Below, piece after piece: positions 1 to 8,500 of a DNA stretch of 64,000 nucleotides. Each line of letters begins with the position of its first letter. Position 1 is the first letter of the stretch. The notes beneath the pieces were generated by a model. The model worked only from the letters and a program-made list of their open reading frames with translations, did no database searches and was not told where the DNA came from. This DNA is from Dehalococcoidia bacterium (GTDB lineage: Bacteria > Chloroflexota > Dehalococcoidia > GIF9 > UBA5629), in contig JBEKIW010000002.1 in assembly GCA_050011565.1 (NCBI GenBank), positions 192,001 through 256,000 on the forward strand. Reading direction: 5' to 3'. The translations under genes and the position numbers were made by a program.

Positions 1-1
1 C

Positions 2-274
2 TACTATGCCGAAAAAGACGACGATACCTGTAACGACTGTTTTACCTGCGTCGACCGGTGCAATGTGCACGCTATAACCGTTGAAAAAAATGAGGCTACG
101 GTCATTAGCAGGGAAAAATGCATCGGCTGCGGGCTGTGCGCCTCTACCTGCCCCACGGGGTCGATTACCATGGTTAGCAAATCACCCGCTGAAGCTCCCC
201 CCATCTTCTCACGCGAAATGGAGATGCTGCAGGCTATGGGGATGGAAAGGGGAAAGAAGTTCCCCTTTGACTAA
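2..274 (+). CDS. 2x[4Fe-4S] ferredoxin-domain protein, C-terminal part (5' truncated by window)
   Basis: Frame open from base 2: YYAEKDDDTCNDCFTCVDRCNVHAI...CIGCGLCASTCPTGSI; two CxxCxxCxxxC(P) motifs. Confidence 0.85.
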   Translation, partial: YYAEKDDDTCNDCFTCVDRCNVHAITVEKNEATVISREKCIGCGLCASTCPTGSITMVSKSPAEAPPIFSREMEMLQAMGMERGKKFPFD

Positions 275-295
275 ATTTGCCTTTAATTTTGGTTT

Positions 296-750
296 CCACC
301 CTCACCCTGACCCTCTCCCATCAAGGGAGAGGGAAGATTTTTTTTCTGAGAGGGGCTGCGCCCCTCTTAACTCCCTGGGGCGGGATTAAACAAGTTAAAA
401 GCTAAAGACCCCCCTTTAGTCCCCCTTTTCCAAAGGGGGGATACATCATCAAAGACCAAAGTTAAAAACCAAAAAGACAGCTTCACCCCCACCCTAACCC
501 TATCCCATTCCCCATATCCCAGCGGGAGTAAATCCTCGCTGGATGCCTGCCCACCCTTCCTCTCGGGGAGAGGAAAAAATAGAACTCTTTTCTCTCGCCC
601 CTGGAGGGAGAGGGTTAGAGTGAGGGGGAAACAAATCAAAAGTTAAAAAAGTTTTAGGGGTCACCTGCCCTCAGGTGACCCACCACGCAAATACAAACCA
701 CGACGATCACCCGTAGGCGGGTGACACGTAGTAATTTCGGCGGGGTGGAA
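296..750. repeat. Cluster of REP-like GC-rich palindromes
   Basis: ccctcaccctgaccctctccc-atcaa-gggagaggg (296-334) and an inverted copy (~590-628); hairpins agaggggc/gcccctct, tccccctttt/aaagggggga, gggtcacctg/caggtgaccc, tcacccg/cgggtga. Confidence 0.75.
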
Positions 751-761
751 AAAAGAGAGTA

Positions 762-790
762 TTGCTAGGGCCAGACCACATATGTATAAT
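762..790 (+). promoter_or_regulatory. sigma70-type promoter
   Basis: TTGCTA-17 nt-TATAAT upstream of the small ORF at 830. Confidence 0.6.
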
Positions 791-829
791 GATAATTACG
801 TGGGGTGATTCAAAGGTAAGGGAGAAATT

Positions 830-988
830 ATGAATATCTTATTGATTATCGGCCTTATACTGCTGGCATTATGGCTGCTGGGTTTCCTGGTTTTCCCTGC
901 TTTGGGCTGGCTGCTCCATATAGCGCTTATTATTGCCGTTATTCTGATTATTATCTGGCTGCTAAGAAGGGTATTTAAACTCTTTTAA
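830..988 (+). CDS. lmo0937-like (DUF5670) small membrane protein, 52 aa (not in ORF track)
   Basis: RBS aagggag; MNILLIIGLILLALWLLGFLVFPALGWLLHIALIIAVILIIIWLLRRVFKLF; paralog at 7837-7995. Confidence 0.85.
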   Translation: MNILLIIGLILLALWLLGFLVFPALGWLLHIALIIAVILIIIWLLRRVFKLF

Positions 989-1018
989 CGGCTCCCAATT
1001 TATAAGCCGGCAGATTAG

Positions 1019-1246
1019 CTAATGGCTCCGCTTCTTCCTCTTGAACTTTCCGTACAATTCGATAAACATTACATTCAACGAAATAGATAAAACGAGAGGT
1101 ACAAGTAGCAGCCATAAGTGCTTATATATATCGATGCCGAAATACTGGCAGGCGAAAACCAGAATAAAGGCGAACACCATGCCTAGCGCCGCGCAGCCTA
1201 CCGCAAAATAGATAAGCTCCAGTATAAAACTATCCCGTCCGCTCAT
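1019..1246 (-). CDS. Small two-TM hypothetical membrane protein
   Basis: 75-aa ORF with two hydrophobic segments and a basic tail; overlaps the end of the YihY gene. Confidence 0.65.
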   Translation of the reverse strand: MSGRDSFILELIYFAVGCAALGMVFAFILVFACQYFGIDIYKHLWLLLVPLVLSISLNVMFIELYGKFKRKKRSH

Positions 1247-2078
1247 TCCCAGCCCTGCTCCGCATTTCCAGGTTTACATGCATTACCTTGGCAATGAATA
1301 GAAAGACCAGCGCCGATAGATAAGTCCACATCAGAAAAGCGATAAGAGCGCCTATGGAACCGTAGACCAGATTATACGGGTTGAAAACCCTGAGATAAAC
1401 TAAAAATACTATCTTGGTAATTTCAAAGGACATAGCAGCTACCAGAGCGCCCAGCCATATATCTTTCCATTTTGGCCGTTTTCCGGGTATGAACCTGTAG
1501 AGAAATAGGAATACCAGGAAGGCAAGGCCGGTAGCTAAGACATTTGCCAGTATACGTTCTATCACATTGCTGTTTACCATGTGGGCTCCAGGCACCGGGA
1601 TGCCTTGCTCGGAGACAGTGCTGAGAAAGACCGTTATCAAGACTGATAAGAACAGAAGAATGGCGGCACCAATCATCATTATCAAGTTAATAAGCTGGCC
1701 TTTCAGAATGTGTTGAGGTTTGCGTATACCCCAGGCTGTATTTAGCGAGGCTCTTATTGAATTGAAAAAGGAGAAACCGCCCCAAATCAGCCCGATAAAA
1801 GCCACCACGCCGATGGCGCCCCGGGCGGCGGCAACACTGGTTACGGTGCTGGCAATCAACTGCCGGGATACAGGCAGCAGATAGGCGATGCCGCGAATGA
1901 TTTCATCCTGCGTATATGGCGATGCGGCAAAGGAGCCCGCGATGTATACCACCGCCAGAGCCAGTGGAAATATTGATAAAAGTAAATTGAATGAAACGGA
2001 AGCTGCCAGGAGAGTGCCGTTATCGGTGCCGAATTCCTTTAATGACTCCTTTAACAGCGGGATGATTTTGCTTTTCAT
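1230..2078 (-). CDS. YihY/virulence factor BrkB family membrane protein
   Basis: LAASVSFNLLLSIFP, SLNTAW, LYRFIP, YGSIGALIAFLMWTYLSALVFL motifs; about 6 TM helices. Confidence 0.9.
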   Translation of the reverse strand: MKSKIIPLLKESLKEFGTDNGTLLAASVSFNLLLSIFPLALAVVYIAGSFAASPYTQDEIIRGIAYLLPVSRQLIASTVTSVAAARGAIGVVAFIGLIWGGFSFFNSIRASLNTAWGIRKPQHILKGQLINLIMMIGAAILLFLSVLITVFLSTVSEQGIPVPGAHMVNSNVIERILANVLATGLAFLVFLFLYRFIPGKRPKWKDIWLGALVAAMSFEITKIVFLVYLRVFNPYNLVYGSIGALIAFLMWTYLSALVFLFIAKVMHVNLEMRSRAGNERTG

Positions 2079-2195
2079 TGACCTTCCCCCGGACTATTAT
2101 AACACCCCCTTTAAGAGATTGGCATTTAGAGCGTAGTTGCAATTACTTAGCATGTATGTGAAAATCAATTATAACGTCAAAAAGGGGGCACTATT

Positions 2196-2648
2196 ATGAT
2201 AGAAGTTGGCAGCCGGGCTCCTGACTTCGCACTAAAGGACCAGGATGGCAAATCAGTGAAGCTTCCTTCTTTTAAAGGTAAGAGGGTTCTACTCTCATTC
2301 AGACCGTTGGCCTGGACGCCGGTCTGAAGCGACCAGATGGTGTCTCTGGAAGAGCACTTCGACCAATTCGACAAATTGAATACAGTAGCCCTGGGCATCG
2401 GCGTTGATTCAGCGCCCTCGAACAAGGCGTGGGCAAAATCACTGAACATCGAGAGAACCAGATTACTTGCTGATTTCTGGCCTCAGGGAGAGGTGGCAAG
2501 GCTATATGGCGTGTTCCGGGACAAAGACGGTTTTTCCGAGCGAGCGAACATATTGATTGACGAGAACCAGGTAGTAGTATTTGCCAAGGTATATCCTATC
2601 TCTCAGCTACCGGATATTGAGGAGATAATTAAGTTTTTAAAAGCCTGA
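2196..2648 (+). CDS. Peroxiredoxin (AhpC/TSA, AhpE/BCP-like), predicted selenoprotein with UGA at codon 44
   Basis: RBS aaggggg, ATG 2196: MIEVGSRAPDFALKDQDGKSVKLPSFKGKRVLLSFRPLAWTPV-(TGA 2325-2327)-SDQMV... in frame with ORF 2337-2648; TGA occupies the peroxidatic Cys of PxxxTxxC. Confidence 0.85.
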
Positions 2649-2944
2649 CCGACTAAGGATCTTACACGAAGCAAGTGCCTATAAACCGCCTCCAGCGGTT
2701 GGACGGCACAGGAAGCCGGAGGTACGCAGAGCTGTCAGGAATAAGCTGGCAGAATCAGAAACCTGCGAGGAACCTCTGCAAATCAAAACTCAAACATTAA
2801 AAATGGCAAGTCACAGCCCGATAATCATATAGTACTATGAAATATAGTAGTACTACTGGACGTATAAAATCAGTACTTAATCGTTATTCCCTTTATTCTA
2901 TTTCAATGATAAACTGAAAACTGGATTACTTAAAGGAGACTACG

Positions 2945-3172
2945 ATGGATAACACGGACGGCGAAAAAGAAATGAGATGGCAGCCAAAGGAGCTAGTTGA
3001 CCTGGGCAACGGCCTCAGAATGGGAATAACAAGTGACGACGGTTATTATATAGTCCTGTCACTAGGTCATGAAGGTTTCTGGAAACCTTCTAATTGGATT
3101 CCTCCCAGAGTGGCAAAACGACTGGGTGAATTAGCTGGTTTCCAAATTGCATTAGCTAATGCGTATCACTAG
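2945..3172 (+). CDS. Hypothetical protein, 75 aa
   Basis: RBS aaggag; compact ORF; no recognised motif. Confidence 0.65.
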   Translation: MDNTDGEKEMRWQPKELVDLGNGLRMGITSDDGYYIVLSLGHEGFWKPSNWIPPRVAKRLGELAGFQIALANAYH

Positions 3173-3177
3173 TATCG

Positions 3178-3921
3178 CTATCTCCCCAGAAGGGCATCCC
3201 AAAATGGCACGGTTTCGGTCTTATAGACGGTCCGCTGCTTTTCAGCCTGGTAGGGGACCTGATACGGTACTTGCCGTTCCCCGGTGACTGTCTTCGGTCC
3301 GATTACCTCGTCCGTCCAAATCAGTTTAACGCTTCTTATGGCATAAGCGTCCCAGGTGGTGGCTAAAATACCAAATTCCCTTACATTGTTGGCGTCAAAT
3401 ACAATTTGATTGGCTGCTCCGGAACCCAGCTGCACCTCACCGAGCATCGGCGCCGTGCTGAGCGTGGCATTGAGGTTGCTCAACCAGTCCAACTCGGAAG
3501 GCTGTATCCAGATCTTCTTGAACGGTGTTGGCCGTGGCGGAATCGGGCCATTGCTGGAAAGGTCGTAGACTCTCACCATTCCGCTTTGTTCCTGTGCACC
3601 CTGTGACAGGTCAATTTCTACCTGATTTTTGGAATGCACCGGTTCAATTATATAGTCGTAGTAATAGGTGCCGCCTGAGCCTTCGAACCCGGGTGCAAGC
3701 ACATCGGTATACCATTTCGTCTGTAGATTCAGATAGGTAGTACCCTGCTTGGAGCTTATTACGGCATTTACCGTCTCAGTATACGGTTCAGTCCGGTACT
3801 CAGTCTTGTATTCAGTTTCGTAATAAGTCTCAACTACCGGTATCTGTCTGGTCACACACGAGGTCACCAGCAGCAGCGAAATCACAACAAGTACGCAAAA
3901 CAATATTCCAAACTTTCTCAT
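3178..3921 (-). CDS. Hypothetical lipoprotein
   Basis: RBS gaggag; signal peptide with lipobox VTSC; Thr/Tyr/Glu-rich N- and C-terminal segments. Confidence 0.75.
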   Translation of the reverse strand: MRKFGILFCVLVVISLLLVTSCVTRQIPVVETYYETEYKTEYRTEPYTETVNAVISSKQGTTYLNLQTKWYTDVLAPGFEGSGGTYYYDYIIEPVHSKNQVEIDLSQGAQEQSGMVRVYDLSSNGPIPPRPTPFKKIWIQPSELDWLSNLNATLSTAPMLGEVQLGSGAANQIVFDANNVREFGILATTWDAYAIRSVKLIWTDEVIGPKTVTGERQVPYQVPYQAEKQRTVYKTETVPFWDALLGR

Positions 3922-4135
3922 CTACATTCTCCTCGACAAGTGCCTGCTTTTTAGGATACGTCGATTGCATAAAGTTGTCAAACGTAAAATATGGTGAGGC
4001 CCAATGAGCGGCAAAGACTCACGAAATGCCTGCAGCGACCTGGCTTTAGCTCTCTGGTATACTAAGGTATAATGGTGACGATAAGCTGAAATTGCAGCTC
4101 CTGGCCTGCATTAAAATACTTTCGGGAGGTGAAAC

Positions 4136-5350
4136 ATTAAAAAGTTAATTCCTTTGCTTCTACTGATGGTGATGCTTACAGCCGGCTGCGATTTGGCCGG
4201 GATTAGCATCTCAACTAGTACACAGCCGCCGGTCATCAGCTCGTTTAGCGCTAGTCCAGCAAGTATTACCGCCGGCGCATCCTCGACGCTTAACTGGAGC
4301 GTTGCCGGGGCGACCACAGCAAGCATAGACCAGGGTATAGGTAATGTGGCTTTGACCGGGAGCAGGGCCGTAATGCCGGGCGCAACCACTGTCTATACCC
4401 TGACGGCAACCAACTCGACTGGTACGAGCGCTACGGCTACGACCCAGGTGATAGTTTCGGGAGCATCAACACCGCCAACGCCACCGGCACCCGGTGGCCT
4501 GCCGGTTATCAACTATTTTACAGCCAGCCCAACTAATATATATGCGGCTGATTCGTCTACCTTGAGCTGGAATGTATCGAATGCGACGTCAGTAAATATC
4601 GACCACGGAGTAGGTGCTGTCGGCCTCTCAGGAAGCACGTCAGTCTGGCCAGCGATGAGCACCGATTACACCTTGACGGCAACTAATGCGGCTGGAGAGT
4701 ACATCAGGACAACTACCGTTTTTGTTTCCGGAATACCACTGCCATCATCGTTTGCTGTTACCAGTGTCACGTCGACTGCTGACCCGCCGTTTTTCAGTGG
4801 CGCGTGTCCCATGATCGTTAACTTTAATGCTGTAATTACGGTTAATGGACCGGGCACGGTGACTTACAGGTGGGAGAGCAGCGAAGGCGGAACGGGAACG
4901 ATGCAGAGCATCAACTTCCTGAGTGCCGGCTTGCAGGAGGTCAGCACCTCGTTGCAAGCAGATACGACGGGTTCCTACTGGTTACGCCTGCACGTTTTCA
5001 CACCCAACGAGATAATATCGAATCAGGCGAATTTCACGCTCAACTGCGCTTCGGCTCCAGGCGGGATTTGGGGGAGGACCTGGTCAACCACTTACGGCAT
5101 GATGACTCTGACTCAAACGGGAAATCAGGTATCAGGCAATTATGAGCACAGTAATGGGCATATCACAGGTACGGTTTCAGGCAATGTTCTAACCGGCACC
5201 TGGTCCGAGGCACCAACCTATACCGCGCCTGATAATGCCGGCGATGTTCAGCTAACAATTTCGCCTGACGGCAAAACCTTCACCGGTGGCTGGAGATATG
5301 GGTCTTCCGGAAGCTGGACTATGAACTGGAACGGGACCACAATCTTCTAA
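4136..5350 (+). CDS. Surface lipoprotein with repeated Ig/PKD-like modules; probable ATT start at 4136
   Basis: GGAGGTGA then ATT-AAA-AAG giving (M)KKLIPLLLLMVMLTAGC lipoprotein signal; two PVI..F.ASP..I....SSTL.W.V..AT...ID.G.G.V...YTLTATN repeats. Confidence 0.8.
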   Translation: MKKLIPLLLLMVMLTAGCDLAGISISTSTQPPVISSFSASPASITAGASSTLNWSVAGATTASIDQGIGNVALTGSRAVMPGATTVYTLTATNSTGTSATATTQVIVSGASTPPTPPAPGGLPVINYFTASPTNIYAADSSTLSWNVSNATSVNIDHGVGAVGLSGSTSVWPAMSTDYTLTATNAAGEYIRTTTVFVSGIPLPSSFAVTSVTSTADPPFFSGACPMIVNFNAVITVNGPGTVTYRWESSEGGTGTMQSINFLSAGLQEVSTSLQADTTGSYWLRLHVFTPNEIISNQANFTLNCASAPGGIWGRTWSTTYGMMTLTQTGNQVSGNYEHSNGHITGTVSGNVLTGTWSEAPTYTAPDNAGDVQLTISPDGKTFTGGWRYGSSGSWTMNWNGTTIF

Positions 5351-5372
5351 GCCGGCAAACGAAGATGGTTAT

Positions 5373-6563
5373 TTAAATCTGGGGCTTCCCCAGGCTGATG
5401 ACCGCCTGTGGGATATGCGGTGACGGTATGCCGGTGGCGCTCTGAATGGCTTGTTGCTCCCCGGCAGTTAATTTGGTTTTGAAGTAACAGCCTAAATCAA
5501 TTGCCGATGCCTGAATCAGCATATTGCTAGCCACGAAACCTGCTTCCAGCTGGGCGAACTCCTGCCCCACATAAGAAGAGTCCAGGCAAAGTATGACATA
5601 GCACGGCGCCTGATTGAGACCACTGACAGCAGATTGCAGGCTGCCTCTAACATCGTCGGAATTTATCCGTTCCAGCCTGTGGTCGCGAGTGGTCAGGTCT
5701 GTGTCGGGATTTCTGTTGTGATAACGGTAAACCCCATTTTCATTTACCAGATAGATGCTTCCCGTTAAATAATATTTAGCCATGGCTGAGGGAACTGTCA
5801 AGCCCGCCCTGCCATTTGAGCTGTCGTGGGGAGTGCAGCCGTATCCAGCCCACAGAATCTGCGAGATTTGCTGCCTGGTTAAATTCGTTTGGTCGAAATT
5901 GCTGGTGTATTTTAGATTAGCCAGCACTGTTTCCAGTGCGTCGTCACCTGTAGTTTTGGGGTCCGGTAGCCAGCCGTCATCACCCTCCGGCACCGAAGAA
6001 TGTGCTACCAGTTCGGAGGTTAGTCCTCTAACGTCCTGTACTCCGAAATATAACTTCGACCGCATGGGGCAGCTGGAAACCGACGATCCACTGGTGCCCC
6101 ATTGGGAGACGGAGGCCAGTATTGCCGGCATATACGATAGGCCGGCATCAAAATCAATCTCTCTCTCAAAACTCAGTACAAAAGCACCCCTGTCAGCCAC
6201 ATCATTTGAATACCAGCTAAGTGAGTTAGTGCCCGGGTCATACAAATATGTCGCGGTCGGCGTAGCGACATAGATTTTTCTGAAAGCCCCGGTGACCGGA
6301 ACCTTTCCGGCAGCCCACAAAACGTTACTTAGTTGCTGGTCGCTGGCAGTGCCGGTGGGGTTATGGTCTGAATACCGGCTGTTCAGGCAGATTTCAACAG
6401 ATTGTCCGGTGTGGATTGGCTCGGGAAGAGAAATTTTAGACTCCGTTCCAAGTGCAGGAGGTGCCGGCGCGGGCCCGGTTGGAGTTGGAGTCGACGGCGT
6501 AACACAACCGCCAAACAGAATGATAACGATGCCCAGTAGCGGGACCAAAAGCGCCTTTTTCAT
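5373..6563 (-). CDS. Lipoprotein with tandem nitroreductase (SagB/ThcOx-like) domains
   Basis: MKKALL...FGGC lipobox; two copies of (L/I)S(N/Q)(V/I)LWA; TVPSA; LEAGFVASNMLIQASAIDLG. Confidence 0.75.
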   Translation of the reverse strand: MKKALLVPLLGIVIILFGGCVTPSTPTPTGPAPAPPALGTESKISLPEPIHTGQSVEICLNSRYSDHNPTGTASDQQLSNVLWAAGKVPVTGAFRKIYVATPTATYLYDPGTNSLSWYSNDVADRGAFVLSFEREIDFDAGLSYMPAILASVSQWGTSGSSVSSCPMRSKLYFGVQDVRGLTSELVAHSSVPEGDDGWLPDPKTTGDDALETVLANLKYTSNFDQTNLTRQQISQILWAGYGCTPHDSSNGRAGLTVPSAMAKYYLTGSIYLVNENGVYRYHNRNPDTDLTTRDHRLERINSDDVRGSLQSAVSGLNQAPCYVILCLDSSYVGQEFAQLEAGFVASNMLIQASAIDLGCYFKTKLTAGEQQAIQSATGIPSPHIPQAVISLGKPQI

Positions 6564-6681
6564 TTTAGTGTTCCTTATGGTCAATGGTTTCAGTATAGCA
6601 ATAGTCCATGGGCTGTATCAATGAACTTATGAGATGCGTGCATTGTTTGCTAATCAAAAAAGCATGGTGCATAATTACATT

Positions 6682-6912
6682 ATGGATAAAAATAATTCTG
6701 GACGATGGACAAATGGATTTTTAGGCTTCTTGGGACTGCTGGGGTTTATGGCCTTTACCATTCACAACCCTTGGCAATTGTTCTTCTTTGCCTTTTTCGG
6801 CTTTTTCGCTTACTTTAGATATTTGAAGAGTGGGCTTAAATATCTGGGCATATTGGGAGCGATAGGAGTTATCGTAGGCATACTTGGTGTGCTAGGCGTG
6901 ATTCCAGTCTAG
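6682..6912 (+). CDS. Small membrane protein (DUF3796-like)
   Basis: GFLGFLGLLGF...FFFAFFGFFAYF hydrophobic Gly/Phe-rich pattern. Confidence 0.65.
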   Translation: MDKNNSGRWTNGFLGFLGLLGFMAFTIHNPWQLFFFAFFGFFAYFRYLKSGLKYLGILGAIGVIVGILGVLGVIPV

Positions 6913-7041
6913 CCCCTTGGTCAAAAGAAAAGGTAACTGAACCTCTTTAAGTCTTCGAGGTTGCCAGGTCCTCAGTGCAAGGACTCGTGTTCAAGGACGT
7001 TGATAACAGAAATGGAATTAAAAAGATAGGAGGACTGCTTC

Positions 7042-7620
7042 ATGGACAAATCAATAAAAGGTACAAAGACAGAGAAGAATTTACTCACAGCTTTTGCCGG
7101 TGAGTCCCAGGCGAGAAACAGGTACACTTATTTTGCCAGTGCAGCTAGAAAAGAGGGATTTGAGCAAATCTCCAGCATATTTACGGAAACAGCAGAAAAT
7201 GAAAAGGAACACGCCAAGATATTCTTTCAATATCTGGAAGGCGGCGATACTGAAATAACCGCAGGTTACCCGGCAGGGATGATCAAGGACACCAAATCGA
7301 ATCTAGAAGCTGCCGCTGCTGGAGAAAATATGGAATGGACCACGATCTACGCAAACTTCGCCAAGATTGCTAAAGATGAGGGCTTTCCACAGATTGCCAA
7401 TTCATTCAAGCAAATTGCTGAAGTTGAAAAATTTCATGAATCAAGATACAGAAAACTGGTTAATAACATTATCAATGACGAGGTTTTCAAGAGAAAATCT
7501 ACAATTAAATGGCATTGTAGAAACTGCGGATATGTATTTGAGGGCACCGAAGCGCCTAAAGAATGTCCGGCATGCAAGCATCCTCAGGCATTTTATGAAC
7601 TGCTAGCCGAAAATTATTGA
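7042..7620 (+). CDS. rbr: Rubrerythrin
   Basis: [31 protein letters not shown]; C-terminal rubredoxin CRNCGY...CPACKHP. Confidence 0.97.
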   Translation: MDKSIKGTKTEKNLLTAFAGESQARNRYTYFASAARKEGFEQISSIFTETAENEKEHAKIFFQYLEGGDTEITAGYPAGMIKDTKSNLEAAAAGENMEWTTIYANFAKIAKDEGFPQIANSFKQIAEVEKFHESRYRKLVNNIINDEVFKRKSTIKWHCRNCGYVFEGTEAPKECPACKHPQAFYELLAENY

Positions 7621-7836
7621 ACATCTATAAAAAGGTGCTTGACTTGGTTCTACGTAAAAGGGATAATTCTATAAGAAGCAGCGCAAACACTCTGATGCAC
7701 GAGGGTTACGACAATGGCGACGAAATCAACTAAGAAGGGTGCAAAATACTTCGTGGATGGTAAGCCAGCTTCTTTATTGGACGTTGTAGAAGCCTAGCTG
7801 AAATCTAAAACCTGACGGTTTAAAAAGGAGGTAATT

Positions 7837-7995
7837 ATGAGTATCTTATTAATTATCGGTATTATTATCCTGGCTTTGTGGCTGCTTGGATTCATCTTTT
7901 TCCGCAGTTTGGGTTGGCTAATCCATATAGCCTTGATTATTGGAGTTATTCTCCTTATCATCTGGCTACTGCGGAGTGTGCTTGGGCTCTTTTAA
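7837..7995 (+). CDS. lmo0937-like (DUF5670) small membrane protein, 52 aa (not in ORF track)
   Basis: RBS aaggaggt; MSILLIIGIIILALWLLGFIFFRSLGWLIHIALIIGVILLIIWLLRSVLGLF. Confidence 0.85.
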   Translation: MSILLIIGIIILALWLLGFIFFRSLGWLIHIALIIGVILLIIWLLRSVLGLF

Positions 7996-8009
7996 GCTTT
8001 ATTCATCCG

Positions 8010-8049
8010 TAAAAAAGAAGGGGGTTTTTCCTTTTCGTCCCCTTTTTTT
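8010..8049. terminator. Probable (bidirectional) intrinsic terminator
   Basis: aaaaagaagggg...ccccttttttt after the small ORF. Confidence 0.5.
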
Positions 8050-8125
8050 AGGCGTAGTATTATCCCTATGCCCAGAATTTTGCATTTGGTGCACAATTAT
8101 GCCTATTCCAATTACCTCCGTTACC

Positions 8126-8155
8126 TTACCTCACCAACCTGTCCACCGGTGACGC
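8126..8155 (-). pseudogene. Tyrosine integrase C-terminal remnant 3 (ASPVDRLVR*)
   Basis: 8127-8149 matches 8959-8981 at 21/23 nt; SPVDRL-type ending typical of XerD-like integrases. Confidence 0.55.
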
Positions 8156-8258
8156 TACCAATATCATAACTATTTAACATATCGTGCCTCGATTATATTA
8201 CTTCTACATGTTCACTATGCTATTATTTATTTAATAGTGATTATAGGAGGTGGCATCA

Positions 8259-8441
8259 ATGGCTGATAATATAACTAAAGGAAAATGGAACCAGGTCAAG
8301 GGCAAAGTCAGGGAAGAGACCGGTAAATTAACCGGCAATAAATCACAGGAAATCAGAGGTAAAGGGGAGCAAGCAGCCGGAAAAGTACAGGAACAGTACG
8401 GCAAGGCTAAAAGAAATATCAAAAAAGCAATAGGAGACTAG
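8259..8441 (+). CDS. CsbD family stress protein
   Basis: KGKWNQVKGKVREETGKLTGN...GKVQEQYGKAK; RBS aggagg. Confidence 0.92.
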   Translation: MADNITKGKWNQVKGKVREETGKLTGNKSQEIRGKGEQAAGKVQEQYGKAKRNIKKAIGD

Positions 8442-8500
8442 TCAGATTTAATTTACTATATCGATTATCTGTCCTGTGAAAGCATCAAGCTTATCTTCTG

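Noticed and set aside
81-639. ORFs 81-389 (+) and 367-639 (-)
   Set aside because: Translations of REP-like palindromes (PHPDPLPSRER-type), not protein-like
2337-2648. 103-aa ORF as a stand-alone gene or Prx pseudogene
   Set aside because: It is the part downstream of the UGA in a full-length peroxiredoxin frame starting at 2196
4032-4047. gcagcgacctggcttt as a displaced tRNA-Met 3' end (att site)
   Set aside because: Only a short gapped match to gcagcgactggattt; compatible with chance
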